From: a virus
Taxonomy: Duplodnaviria; Caudoviricetes
Virus record (IMG/VR): IMGVR_UViG_3300032329_000679
Span: 1-57,336 of that record
Strand: one strand, 5' to 3'
Length of the DNA stretch: 57,336 nucleotides
Positions 24,501 through 31,073 of the stretch are shown piece by piece; the stretch's first letter is position 1; each line of letters starts with the position of its first letter. The position numbers and the translations under genes are program-made. Below the pieces are notes generated by a model. It was given only the letters and a program-made list of their open reading frames with translations, ran no database searches and was not told the DNA's origin.

Positions 24501-25453
24501 CCTTCACTATAAGAACTAGGAGTAACACGGCCTTTAAAATTAACTTTCATTCCATTGCTTAAAGATATTCCGCTGGGCAATGTGTACGTTTTTGCGTTTA
24601 TGATTTCATTTTCGACATCTATGGCTGTATTTTCTTTAATGTCAAATATTTTAATAATACCGGATGTATCTGCTGATATTTCGCTAGTATAATAAAGTAC
24701 GTCAGGACTTTGTAAAGGCACTGTAAAAGTTATTGTGCCATTTTCTACAGCAAAATTATCTACATCTGTATATCTAAAAAAGTTGCCTGTTTCAAGTTCC
24801 GTTTTAATACTGAAAGGTTCGCCCGGAGTATCAATTTCAAATTTATAAGTTTGTCCACGATATAAAGTCAATGACGGATTTCTAGTCAATCCGTTTGGAG
24901 TGAAAAGATATGCTCTATTGTCACCTTCGTCGGACAATGTTACTTTGAAAGTACGAGTTATTTCTTGTTGTTGTCCATAAATTGTTATGGTTTTAGGCCC
25001 GAATGGTAACCAATAGTAATGTAAAAAGTTAACAATCTTATCCCAATCAATATGAGGTTCCCAACTGTAAAATTCCTGTTGATTTAGTACTTGATGATTG
25101 CTAGCTAATCCTCCTAATACATTTACACTATGTACATAATCTAAATAATCTTTAAAAAATGTCACATTGCCCAATGTATCTTCAATTACCAAGCTAGGTT
25201 CTAACTGATAATTTTGTCTTTCGTCTAACAGTTCTTCTAAAAAAACATCGTTACTTGTAACTGATTTTGCGTTTTGACGTCCAATGAATCCGTTAAGTCT
25301 TTTTACAGTTCCAGTCTGAACTAGCTGATCTATTGTGCCGCCGATGAATTTTTTATTACTATCAGTTCTGTAAATTCTAGGTAATAATGATTCGGTTTTT
25401 CTTTTTTGATTAGGATCAATAGGAGGAGCATTTTCTGTTTGATTTTCAGACAT
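12596..25453 (-). CDS. giant (4285 aa) baseplate wedge/structural protein, gp7-like position
   Basis: Uninterrupted 12.9-kb ORF following the gp6-like gene. Contains FG-GAP-like repeats, CBM5/12-like modules and G.GY...P repeats typical of large myovirus structural proteins. Confidence 0.7.
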   Translation of the reverse strand: MSENQTENAPPIDPNQKRKTESLLPRIYRTDSNKKFIGGTIDQLVQTGTVKRLNGFIGRQNAKSVTSNDVFLEELLDERQNYQLEPSLVIEDTLGNVTFFKDYLDYVHSVNVLGGLASNHQVLNQQEFYSWEPHIDWDKIVNFLHYYWLPFGPKTITIYGQQQEITRTFKVTLSDEGDNRAYLFTPNGLTRNPSLTLYRGQTYKFEIDTPGEPFSIKTELETGNFFRYTDVDNFAVENGTITFTVPLQSPDVLYYTSEISADTSGIIKIFDIKENTAIDVENEIINAKTYTLPSGISLSNGMKVNFKGRVTPSSYSEGDFYVEGVGERIQLIPEKQLEIVAPYTTNYDVTFDDTGFDDLPYNDVIYSAADKDYITINRASLDCNPWTRYNRWFHQDVIQQTADHFEVPAVFDQSQRAKRPIIEFNANIKLYNFGIRPKKDVDLVDDFTNDVFSVIEGALSYNIDGVSLLDGHRILFTGDKDPLVSNKIFKVEFILIHADANDPGQRRIHLVQEPDSDPLLEEIVLIKNGVQYKSKHLWFNGSNWLVGQSKTDQNQPPLFDLFDKDQVSLSDSTKYEGTTFLGNKLFSYKTGSGVVDSELGFALSYKNINNVGDIVFNYNLLQESFSYKQQASIITENTDNKFLKNFSNLGSKYINGWTKNTLKNIQPIVRIYKNETVEEFVNGIKTKVVLVNNFPIDVYNDITDLNDLLVKVYINGKRIDKNLFSVEDAANYKKVVLITDANTTDVVTLRCYARQNKNNNGYYEFPINLQNNPLNNNINDFTLGEVIDHVDSIIDNLDNFQGEYPGVSNLRDIGNLSSHGTKFIQHSGSLNLALYHLTNKDANIITALEKARDDFGVFKRNFINHTGVLNSEITVKQAVDLILFEINQGKPKKASYYFSDMLAYGAAKQTDFTVQDYRVKKYPLATVFTLQSLSNKSVNVYVNNVQLLHEKDYIFGLDGFVEILCSIKEDDVITVYEYESTDGCYIPSTPTSLGLYPKFEPKIYLDTTLLEPQNVIQGHDGSIVLAFNDYRDQIILELEKRFFNNIKVKYDPNIIDIYDFIPNSNRPTEYTIDEFNQILAPNFYQWTGLIDKDFTKSLKYDSNNPFTYNYREAVGIDGNNVPGFWRGIYKWYFDTDRIHLTPWESLGFSIQPKWWESTYGPAPYTSNNLILWQDLRDGVIKEPGKPLTRNPKFARPVLKNIPVKEDGQLLDPLTANLAHGIFNSNRSFTYVFGDQSPVETAWRRSSYYPFSLLITMILMQPSRVLGCYLDRSRIVKNRNDQLIYSETGVRLRLKDLLTPNTVSDNVRTLTAGLVNYVVDYLQGDNSTALDTYKNDLITINNKLAHRLSAFTSKEKYNLILDSKSSAAKSGVFVPSENYKIFLNTSSPIKKILYSGVIVTKVLTKTGIGYEIKGYSQSNPYFYYYVWTQSGHGINVGGISESFIKWTNNQQYVVGNIIEINNVFYRVKTSHVSEETPSLDLLQKLPALPIIGGATALIRKKWERIPVLLNYGTTLGSIQEVVDFLQGYGEYLKDQGLAFDQYNITLKSVASWETSVKEFLFWTTQNWSPGTENYSEWDFGIFYKAGSVVLYNGDYYKSKRDHTTTTFFDVNLYVKLDGLNQDGASAISLSPAALGIDLNLNYATVADLREQIGTYEIFSANGQKYDPKLLSYSRYDTLFSLKPTNENTGIYGASLYLIQKEHVLIIDNDTQFNDVIYSPETGYRQERIKVSGYKTLNWNGSLDAPGFIYDRAYINDWQPWMDYHLGDIVKYKEFYYSAMEFLPGQEEFNKNKWIRLDSKPTSQLLPNWDYKALQFTDFYDLDSDNFDVGQQKIAQHLIGYQKRQYLSNIIKNDVSEFKFYQGMIQEKGTVNSLNKLFDVLSADDRDSIDFIEEWAIRAGQYGASDAFDEVEFILDEGQFKINPQAIELVSTVDNTLVDFVIRQTKKDIYLTPKFYQNNLWPVNSNYKPFLRTPGFVKYDQIKLAVDSKSSLLAEDIENFSSGDYIWCAFENKINEFNDDWNVYRFTKTDYVVDGMSYTDNTLFISFANDIDFTVGQIIGIKSDYDKVNSFFEISEIDGRIVTVNIRLINWKTPDSETLSTTKIFKILPQRFNTIDDIVVPHYLKKGELVWINRSLGNKYAVWQNNPVYTRTKLYDPLLGNEYKFGRKLVTNAAGDIMVVALGQNQTQRVNIYTPWSNDSGWSDRQTILMPGDIRTFAKTLAVSDDKKWLAIGCVTTSNNGVIELYQLNDSLQYEFVTTLTNSDPDPYFGFKIKFAYDGLYSLTVSSTDGNSISGIIYYFKNFSDSSTWQFVTSIRPTDVDCENQPFAYEFDIDQTASTLALSTSLTHNGQGKVLVFHRNNETFTKEHEITKANQLNFGQTISLSNNGTYLAVSSQTNNKQIVNVYKNYNLFQTLVERNNDRDSNEKFGTYLKFVNNEKTLLIFSRLSDGSKNDLFNYDDSTMNYHDSITHHDDSTYIIKRDSGRADIYDIYDNKFIFSESLAVVSSQAEEYGSCVDVSDNTVVISAPSGLNDNKNSGAIYTHKRTPNNYSWKISQEETAKIDLSVFKKIFLYNKRTNQLVTYLDIIDPTQGKISGIAEQQIKYKTYYDPATYSFRSAASDISVIVDDGMSWLDVEVGTLWWDLSRAKFLDAHLSDIVYKNTTWNTLYETASIDVYEWVSSRYLPSAWDKLADTDQGITQGISGKSLYGDDVYSIKRTYDTVAKSFNSTYYFWVKNKTTIPTVIGRTNSAADISNIISNPKGAALKYIEFTDRNSFSLTNVKDLLSDRDVVLAIQYWNIPQHEINIHSQWKIISENEKTEIPKHIEKKWIDSLVGFDENGKMVPDLKLPPKQRYGIESKPRQSMFVNRLEAVKQVIERINSEFKTIQIDNLDLTDLLKKDLAPTTLSGVYDYVVDTESELQFINTRLFKKPELSLVIVNGSIVSININSNGYGYGTLQQIKQNVYKGPTISIIGKGINAAIDVTVNSVGVLLPIEIKNGGKGYDKETTTLSVRPLCALVRSDSTIFGNWAIYAYDPVGEIWSKIKIQEYDVTAFWNYIDWYGSYIDSDTGREYTYNQYSKIDHVVDGTYQLFTQDSEIGQTVKVNNVGSSGWMLLVKYANADSIDYTQSYKVVGRQNGSIQLSTNFYNFVKNKLGYDSGLYDSNKFDNAGTTELRIILNSLKDRILIDDRRILYLNLFFLSIRYALYEQPYLDWIFKTSFIKALHNVGKLKQKVTYSNDNLEDFESYISEVKPYRTKIREFVSVYNSIDNTQSMVTDFDLPSYITNSNIEVITTQIKNDELYYYDDIINEYPWKLWRDNIGFGIKTITISNEGHGYTSRPLVKIIGNCTRPAKARAFISNGQVIDIEILDTGAGYLKAPEIVIEGHLSVGGTQAQAVAIVKNDLVRSNLIAMKFDRYNKKLLSEILPLEQIDTFTGDNATITFNLKYSPNTESKKLLVEYTIDGITIDEISENYTIVKTSSKEKGHTVYYGQITFVHPPSLGTIITITYEKDFHHLSALDRIKHYYSPESGMIGKDFAQLMTGIDYGGVSIVGINFNQPLAWDSENNTWGDKGWDLIGNENKIYDTLVEGGNMAYTTATGLTAEDIIIDGDRFISPITSPAPEEMLPGHVVDTLVIKVFDDNRSGSSNVICDNYLTDGVISEFKVGQYPNSKSAVVVKLDQIILQIDVDYTIDFDNLLVKFNEIPEANKYVSIISIGLNGVNVSDTNHVIVETVTNEIVTDYPWKDNISLLVLVSGVVQNYNLFKIDNKVGIRFAFDVMPGQLINYLIFDTPNKTTSIVSKETITYKESASRYTLSNPIGNLLPLEYNAIVKVGNEILNSVDSFYFILKNQAYEYIIPLGKDDINQYESTDFKVYVDNQLIYLSDGFDLDLLKSKIIVKSNKYIENAKLLVTIVKNAEYTIGVENRVNYIEFKNSYPENTKIEIISMFNHDILDIQRTDYQIYPDVDRYQDSIYYANAVKVSAGIFTLERPIADANYAWVIKNKTLLTPNIDYILSDNKTEIIVSTSPTESDKFSILTFSNNIVRDSIAFMQIKDMLNRTHYKRISKNRTTILAEDLHYYDKQITVDDGTALNEPVIEANAPGVIYVNGERIEYFIKNGNVLSQLRRGTWGTGITDVHKKSEKVLDIGPNETIPYKDREEVITWPPEEYPDALLDSTHLIELPFIPTKDSIEVFVGGVRQRKDAYTLHDPIEHPESPEGDIDYPADFAVDGINSQVRLEHIPDTPGVRIQVVRKVLTPWNDLGKNLAESTNEVAYFLKTTPRKLDNG

Positions 25454-28400
25454 TATGCTGCTCCTTGACTTGTAATATTTTGTTGAGATATCACATAACT
25501 TGTAGAGTTAATATTACCTTCGGCAGCAATTGTATTTGCTGTGATGGCGGTGATTATTTCAATGTCATCAGTGGTAGTGCCATTGATAAAAATTTGATCA
25601 CTTTCGGCTTTGATTTCAAACAAACTTCCAAAATACAAATCGGGTTGTCTAGGCACTATGACCATGTTAGACAAGAAAGGAGTTGTTCTAGACATAACAT
25701 ATGCTACTAGTTCGCTGAAATAAAAACTATCTCCAAAATCCCAATTTTCTAAGGCAAAAAATTCGTTAATAGCTGTTAGCACATTTGTTTTTAACTGATT
25801 ATCACTGATGGGTTGCTCTGCATTTTTTATTAGTTTAAAGCTGGCCCTTAAATTCAAACTGGCTCTAGGTCCAAATAATACTTTATATTTTACCGGGTGA
25901 AAGATAATTTCATCGCTCATGGCTTTAATATTATTTAAAGTTGGAGACAATAACAAGCTCAATTGATCCGAACTTGGAGGCAATGGTTCTGCATCAAGAT
26001 TACCTAATAGCCATTTTCTAAATTCTAAATCGTATTGTTTGGTCAGCACATATAAATCCATGATATTAATCTGTCCTGGATCTATTCTTGCTTCATAGTC
26101 TGCGCTATGAACATACTGAAATTTTAAATCTTCTCTACCTTGATAGACTTTATAATCTAAATTAGCCACAAATCTTGCTAGTTTATTGTCCCACTGAGCA
26201 ACTGTGTCTGTAGTAGTGAAATAAAAATATTGACCATCTACTTTTTCATTTAATAATACGTCATCGGAGCTAGATTTAATTTTAATTAAATTATCATTTT
26301 TAATATATCTATAATCTAGTTGACCGTTAGTTGTTTCGTATCTTTGTAAAATTATATACTTTGATTGATCAGTACTAGGAGCCACAATAATATCAAAAAT
26401 ATCAGGATCATCAACTACTCCGTCATCATTACTGTCATTGAAAGTTAATTCTATTTTTTTATTATCCACGTAACCGTCTGATCCTAAAAATTCTTTACTG
26501 ACTTCCCAATCTAAACTATAGCTAAAAGGATTAATACTGTCAGGTTTAGTATTAATATTAAGTACACTAATTTTATCTTTAACTACTTTATTACTTCTGC
26601 TATCGTATACTTTGCTATTAGCATCAAAATAAAATCTAATTTGACGATCACTTTCAAAAATATATTTTAATTTTCTTGACTTAACTGTATAGTATGCAGT
26701 GTCCGTGGAAAACAAAATTAACCAACTATTATCTAATTTTTGATTGCTAATATCTCCGGCTCTACCAATATTAAACAATCCATTTATAGATAAATTTGCT
26801 TCGTATATTAATTTCCAATTTTTAGTATCTAGGTCATATCGTAGACCAAATGGCTTGTTAGAAAAAATTAAATCTATCATAGTAGCTATAGTGGCCGCAT
26901 CCAAACTAGTACGCCATTTTGGAATAACTTTTACTAAGGTAGCTCCTGTTGGCACTTCTACATTCAGTGTAATAGGGCCTTGACCCGTGGTTAAAGCAGA
27001 AACTGCACCATTTTCAGTTACACTAACAACTTTAGCCCAAAGATAAGAAGTTGAGTTAGGCACAATTGTTGTGCCGGTAACCAAGGCATTTGAATTAGTT
27101 TTTAAAAATACTTTACCTGTGGGAGGAACGAATTTTAATAAGGCACCCGGTTCTAAATGTTTTAAATCAGTTCCCGAATCGTATCCTGTAATTAAGTTTA
27201 ATTGATTTTTAAAATAACCCGTACTTTGATTAGTATCTTTTGTTACTTGATTCCAAGTATACGTTTCAGTTGTGGTAGATAATTTACCAAATTTATCATA
27301 ATAAAAATTACGTAAATCAATATCTTTAATAATGTCTAAAACTTGATTATAAATCACTGCTTCAATATCAGTTTTTGCAACATAATTAAATCTAAAATGA
27401 TCCTCGTATTCTTCTTTGTAAATTACACCGTCATCACCAAATAGATTGGTGCTACTATATTTTCCTGTGGGATCAGTTAGATCAAAATACCTACTAATAC
27501 CACTACTGGTTCTATTAATAGTTTTTATTTTGGCCACATCTTGGCTGATACTCAAGGGACTAATGTTATAATCTTCTGCTGTAATCATACGATTTTGTGT
27601 ATAATATGTAGCAGGTGCTTTGGCTTTAATTTCGTCGTTGCTTTCACTCAATGCACTATTACTAATACTAGATTGTAATCCTAAAGTAATGCTTAAAGTT
27701 TCTATTTGTCCTACGCCAGATACATAAGGAACGGAGATAGAAACATTTCTAATATTTTTAGGATTTATAGTATAACTAAGTCCATTACTTACACGATAAT
27801 ATACTCTAAAAGACCCCAATGGCAATGTGCCAAATGTGCCATCACTAAACGTCAAACTGATTCTATCTTCTGCTCTAGTAACAACCCCGTAGATATTTCT
27901 AATATTTTTCTTTAAACTATTATAGATTATGTTATTGCCTTCAAAACTGGAAACTTTAGCCCAATATTCTTGTTCTACACCATTAGAGTCTAGTTTATAC
28001 AACCATACATCAGTGTCGTTAATATTAGTAGCATCGATATCGACAATTTCATTAGTACTTGGCTGGCTAATTGAAAAAGAGCCTGTGTTCAAGCTACCTT
28101 GTCTAAAATGTAAAAAGAAACCAGTAGTAGGACTGGCTGCTCCTCGGCCGTCGTCTCTATAAAGGAACGCCAAGCTTTTACCTGCCTGCGGAGGGTCTTC
28201 CACAATATCCATTCCGTCTTTGATAATAGTACTGACTATTTCAAAATTCATATTCCTACCATCTACTACTTTGGTAAATCCATATACAGGAATATTACTA
28301 CTAGCCGATTGAATTCTATATTGTTCAGTAGGTATGCTATATACCACAGCTTTATTATCTGGATTACCAAACTGCTTGATAGCAGGCATAGAAGCATTGA

Positions 28401-28878
28401 TAACTTTGATAAATTGATCATACCAATTACTATTTGCGGTGTCATTCCAGATTATTTCTTGCCCAGATAAATTTCTTCCATTACTATCTATTACTGCCTG
28501 CGTAGTAGAAATACTGGTAAATTTTAACAAGCCGTTAGCTGCTTGGTTACGTTTGGCATTGTAACCTAGCATTCTGGATAATCTTAAAACACTTTCTCTA
28601 CGTTCTGCTAGTTCTAAAAAGTTTTCACGAGCATTTAGGTCCACTCTAAATGCAATACTTTGTCCTAAAAAAGCAATCATATCTATCAATGCTAGATATT
28701 CACTGCTTTCAATATAGTCGTTGAAGTCTTCAGGATAATTCTGTCTAAGGTAATCTACCATTACTCTGCGTAGATTTTCAAAATCATAACTTTGAAAATC
28801 AGCATTTCTATAGCTTTGATAAATTCTCTTCCAATCTTCAGCTACGAGTAATCTATTTTGTCTGTCGGTAGATGACAT
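25453..28878 (-). CDS. gp6: baseplate wedge protein, T4 gp6-like
   Basis: N-terminal YDFENLR...FNDYIESS...NARENFLELAERRESVLRL motif, FSDGTFG and TQNRMITAEDY; follows gp25. Confidence 0.8.
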   Translation of the reverse strand: MSSTDRQNRLLVAEDWKRIYQSYRNADFQSYDFENLRRVMVDYLRQNYPEDFNDYIESSEYLALIDMIAFLGQSIAFRVDLNARENFLELAERRESVLRLSRMLGYNAKRNQAANGLLKFTSISTTQAVIDSNGRNLSGQEIIWNDTANSNWYDQFIKVINASMPAIKQFGNPDNKAVVYSIPTEQYRIQSASSNIPVYGFTKVVDGRNMNFEIVSTIIKDGMDIVEDPPQAGKSLAFLYRDDGRGAASPTTGFFLHFRQGSLNTGSFSISQPSTNEIVDIDATNINDTDVWLYKLDSNGVEQEYWAKVSSFEGNNIIYNSLKKNIRNIYGVVTRAEDRISLTFSDGTFGTLPLGSFRVYYRVSNGLSYTINPKNIRNVSISVPYVSGVGQIETLSITLGLQSSISNSALSESNDEIKAKAPATYYTQNRMITAEDYNISPLSISQDVAKIKTINRTSSGISRYFDLTDPTGKYSSTNLFGDDGVIYKEEYEDHFRFNYVAKTDIEAVIYNQVLDIIKDIDLRNFYYDKFGKLSTTTETYTWNQVTKDTNQSTGYFKNQLNLITGYDSGTDLKHLEPGALLKFVPPTGKVFLKTNSNALVTGTTIVPNSTSYLWAKVVSVTENGAVSALTTGQGPITLNVEVPTGATLVKVIPKWRTSLDAATIATMIDLIFSNKPFGLRYDLDTKNWKLIYEANLSINGLFNIGRAGDISNQKLDNSWLILFSTDTAYYTVKSRKLKYIFESDRQIRFYFDANSKVYDSRSNKVVKDKISVLNINTKPDSINPFSYSLDWEVSKEFLGSDGYVDNKKIELTFNDSNDDGVVDDPDIFDIIVAPSTDQSKYIILQRYETTNGQLDYRYIKNDNLIKIKSSSDDVLLNEKVDGQYFYFTTTDTVAQWDNKLARFVANLDYKVYQGREDLKFQYVHSADYEARIDPGQINIMDLYVLTKQYDLEFRKWLLGNLDAEPLPPSSDQLSLLLSPTLNNIKAMSDEIIFHPVKYKVLFGPRASLNLRASFKLIKNAEQPISDNQLKTNVLTAINEFFALENWDFGDSFYFSELVAYVMSRTTPFLSNMVIVPRQPDLYFGSLFEIKAESDQIFINGTTTDDIEIITAITANTIAAEGNINSTSYVISQQNITSQGAA

Positions 28879-28896
28879 GTTTAATCCTTGTTCTGA

Positions 28897-28904
28897 TATT
28901 TATA
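28897..28904 (-). promoter_or_regulatory. T4-type late promoter (TATAAATA)
   Basis: Exact consensus upstream of the gp6-like gene, followed by an AAGGA SD. Confidence 0.75.
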
Positions 28905-28924
28905 GTGTGTAATAATATGGTAGT

Positions 28925-29365
28925 TTATCCTATTAATCCGTTATCTTGATCAAACTTAAAACGCATAGATTCTGAAATGTTGTAAGGAAGATAAGTTAAG
29001 TCGCATTCGATTTGAATACCAGTTTCATAGGCAGTGATTGTAATATCATTAACTCTAACCCTGGGATCATAGTTAATAATGTCCTCGACATTTTTTATTA
29101 TTAAATTTTTTAAATCTTCAGTTAATGGTTCAAAAATTACATCCCAAATTATAGTACCAAATTCTGGATTCATTAATCTTTCACCTTGTCTTACGTGAAA
29201 GTGATTAAGTAAATCTTGTTTAATTAAGTCCAAGTCATATAATGAGTATGATTCACTGTCAGTGCTTATAGTACTGAAACCTCTGTATGTTCTTGGTAAC
29301 GGCGGTTGTGCTCGAGCATTATTGCCTTTAACAATAAGTTTTTCGTATAGTCTTTGAATAGCCAT
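28925..29365 (-). CDS. gp25: baseplate wedge subunit, gp25/GPW family
   Basis: LIKQDLLNHF...GERLMNPEFG...IFEPL...YDPRV motif. Confidence 0.85.
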   Translation of the reverse strand: MAIQRLYEKLIVKGNNARAQPPLPRTYRGFSTISTDSESYSLYDLDLIKQDLLNHFHVRQGERLMNPEFGTIIWDVIFEPLTEDLKNLIIKNVEDIINYDPRVRVNDITITAYETGIQIECDLTYLPYNISESMRFKFDQDNGLIG

Positions 29366-29373
29366 AAAAATAT

Positions 29374-31071
29374 TTAATCCTTTTTGCTCTTAGAAAATGT
29401 ATCAATCGCCGTGGAGTATACACTCCAAAATTCAGGAACAGCAATGTCATCTTCTGCTTCTCTGTCTGTCATATCTGATTTAAAATTCAAAGGATCTAAA
29501 TTTTCATGATGTGGCCACGGTTCGGCAGTTGGCACACGCTGCATGATAGTTTGTACAAATTCATCACCCTGCTCGTCTGGTACACTATGAGTTGACAAAG
29601 GATCTGGCAACTCCGCTTTTTCTGCCACTTCCGCTGTGGCTGCTTCTGGTGCAGCTGGTCCGTTAAGATTAATTGAGCTAGCACTAAGAACCAAGCTTGC
29701 ACCTCCAATGCTAGTTGCGCCGCCGCCTGTCCATTTACTGGCTCCCCCACTTTTAATATCAAGTGCTCCACCGGCTGTGATCACATTGTTGCCGCCGGAG
29801 TTAAGTTCTGAATTACCTCCAGCTGTTAATTTATTATTGCCATCTGTGCTAAGATCAAAATTTCCTAAAATTGTGTGAAGATAGTTGCCCTCAAAAGTAG
29901 TATTAACATCGCCCTTGACATGGTTGGCTTGTAGGCCGTCGACTATCAAAGTCTGATCCTGCCCCACTTCGGTTTGCATATTTTCTGCCACTTTGACATT
30001 GAAATTGCGTCCACACTCCATATTGATGTCACGATCAGCATAAAAATTAAAATCATTTCCAGTGTGTATGCTAATACTGTCTTGGGCAAAAATATCTATT
30101 TTGCCATCACTAGTTAATTCTATCCAAGTTGAGCCACGAGCATTACCAATATAAATCAAATCTTCACTGTTGTGCAGTAATATTTGATGCCCGGTTCTAG
30201 TTCTTAATCTTATTAATTCGTTATGAGGAATAGTAACATCGCCTTCTTCCCCTTCTTCTATACTGGCATAGTCTGGCGGACCTTCACTGGGCGTAGTTTT
30301 CCTAAGAAATTTATCATCACCATCATCCATGACAAAACTAGAACCCCCTAACCTACTGACAAAGGCTGTAGTTTCAGTTTCTTTTTTGCCTAATTTGCCT
30401 TTTGGTGCATCGGCTTGCTTGTCAACGGGTCCCGGTGTGCTAATACCAAAAACGGCACTGGGCCATTCTCTTCTAGCACTGCTACTAGTAATTCCTCTAA
30501 TGTCATCCAGTAATAATCCTTGTTGTTCCAGTATGGTGGCAAAAGGATGTTTTGGTTTTTTAGTTAGTGTTGTGTCATTTCCTATTTGTTCTTGTGCTGT
30601 TTTGTTGTACTCTGCTACAGGAATTCTTCCTGTACGTCCTTTAAGATCTGCATTTACGTTTTGATCATTTGTAAAAGTTGTGGCAGCATACCCTGGTATC
30701 ATAAAATTCATGTCATTGTCTTGTACGCAACCGATCCAATAACCTCTTTTAGGATCACCTTGTACAAATACCACCATGACTGTGGTGCCTACATCCGGCG
30801 GTATCATCCACATTCCATAACTTTTTTGTGTGTTTCCGTAATTGTCGTCTTTGCCGGCAAACTCAATGGCTGTGGCCCCCATAAAAGGACTTAGATATTT
30901 CACCTTACGTAACTGTGTTGCTGTTCTAGGAGTACTACCTACTTCGCTCAATAATTCCACTTCTAATGTGCCCATATATGAAGGGTCTAGATGACTGACC
31001 ACTTTGGCCAACAAAACTCCTGTGTTATTTTCTGGTTGTTTACCTATAGGGGCTCTATTTTCCTCTGCCAT
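29374..31071 (-). CDS. baseplate central spike, gp5/VgrG-like (OB-fold plus beta-helix)
   Basis: YGMWMIPPDVGTTVMVVF OB-fold motif, RTRTGHQILLH, and C-terminal Gly-rich beta repeats; no lysozyme motif recognised. Confidence 0.75.
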   Translation of the reverse strand: MAEENRAPIGKQPENNTGVLLAKVVSHLDPSYMGTLEVELLSEVGSTPRTATQLRKVKYLSPFMGATAIEFAGKDDNYGNTQKSYGMWMIPPDVGTTVMVVFVQGDPKRGYWIGCVQDNDMNFMIPGYAATTFTNDQNVNADLKGRTGRIPVAEYNKTAQEQIGNDTTLTKKPKHPFATILEQQGLLLDDIRGITSSSARREWPSAVFGISTPGPVDKQADAPKGKLGKKETETTAFVSRLGGSSFVMDDGDDKFLRKTTPSEGPPDYASIEEGEEGDVTIPHNELIRLRTRTGHQILLHNSEDLIYIGNARGSTWIELTSDGKIDIFAQDSISIHTGNDFNFYADRDINMECGRNFNVKVAENMQTEVGQDQTLIVDGLQANHVKGDVNTTFEGNYLHTILGNFDLSTDGNNKLTAGGNSELNSGGNNVITAGGALDIKSGGASKWTGGGATSIGGASLVLSASSINLNGPAAPEAATAEVAEKAELPDPLSTHSVPDEQGDEFVQTIMQRVPTAEPWPHHENLDPLNFKSDMTDREAEDDIAVPEFWSVYSTAIDTFSKSKKD

Positions 31072-31073
31072 TA

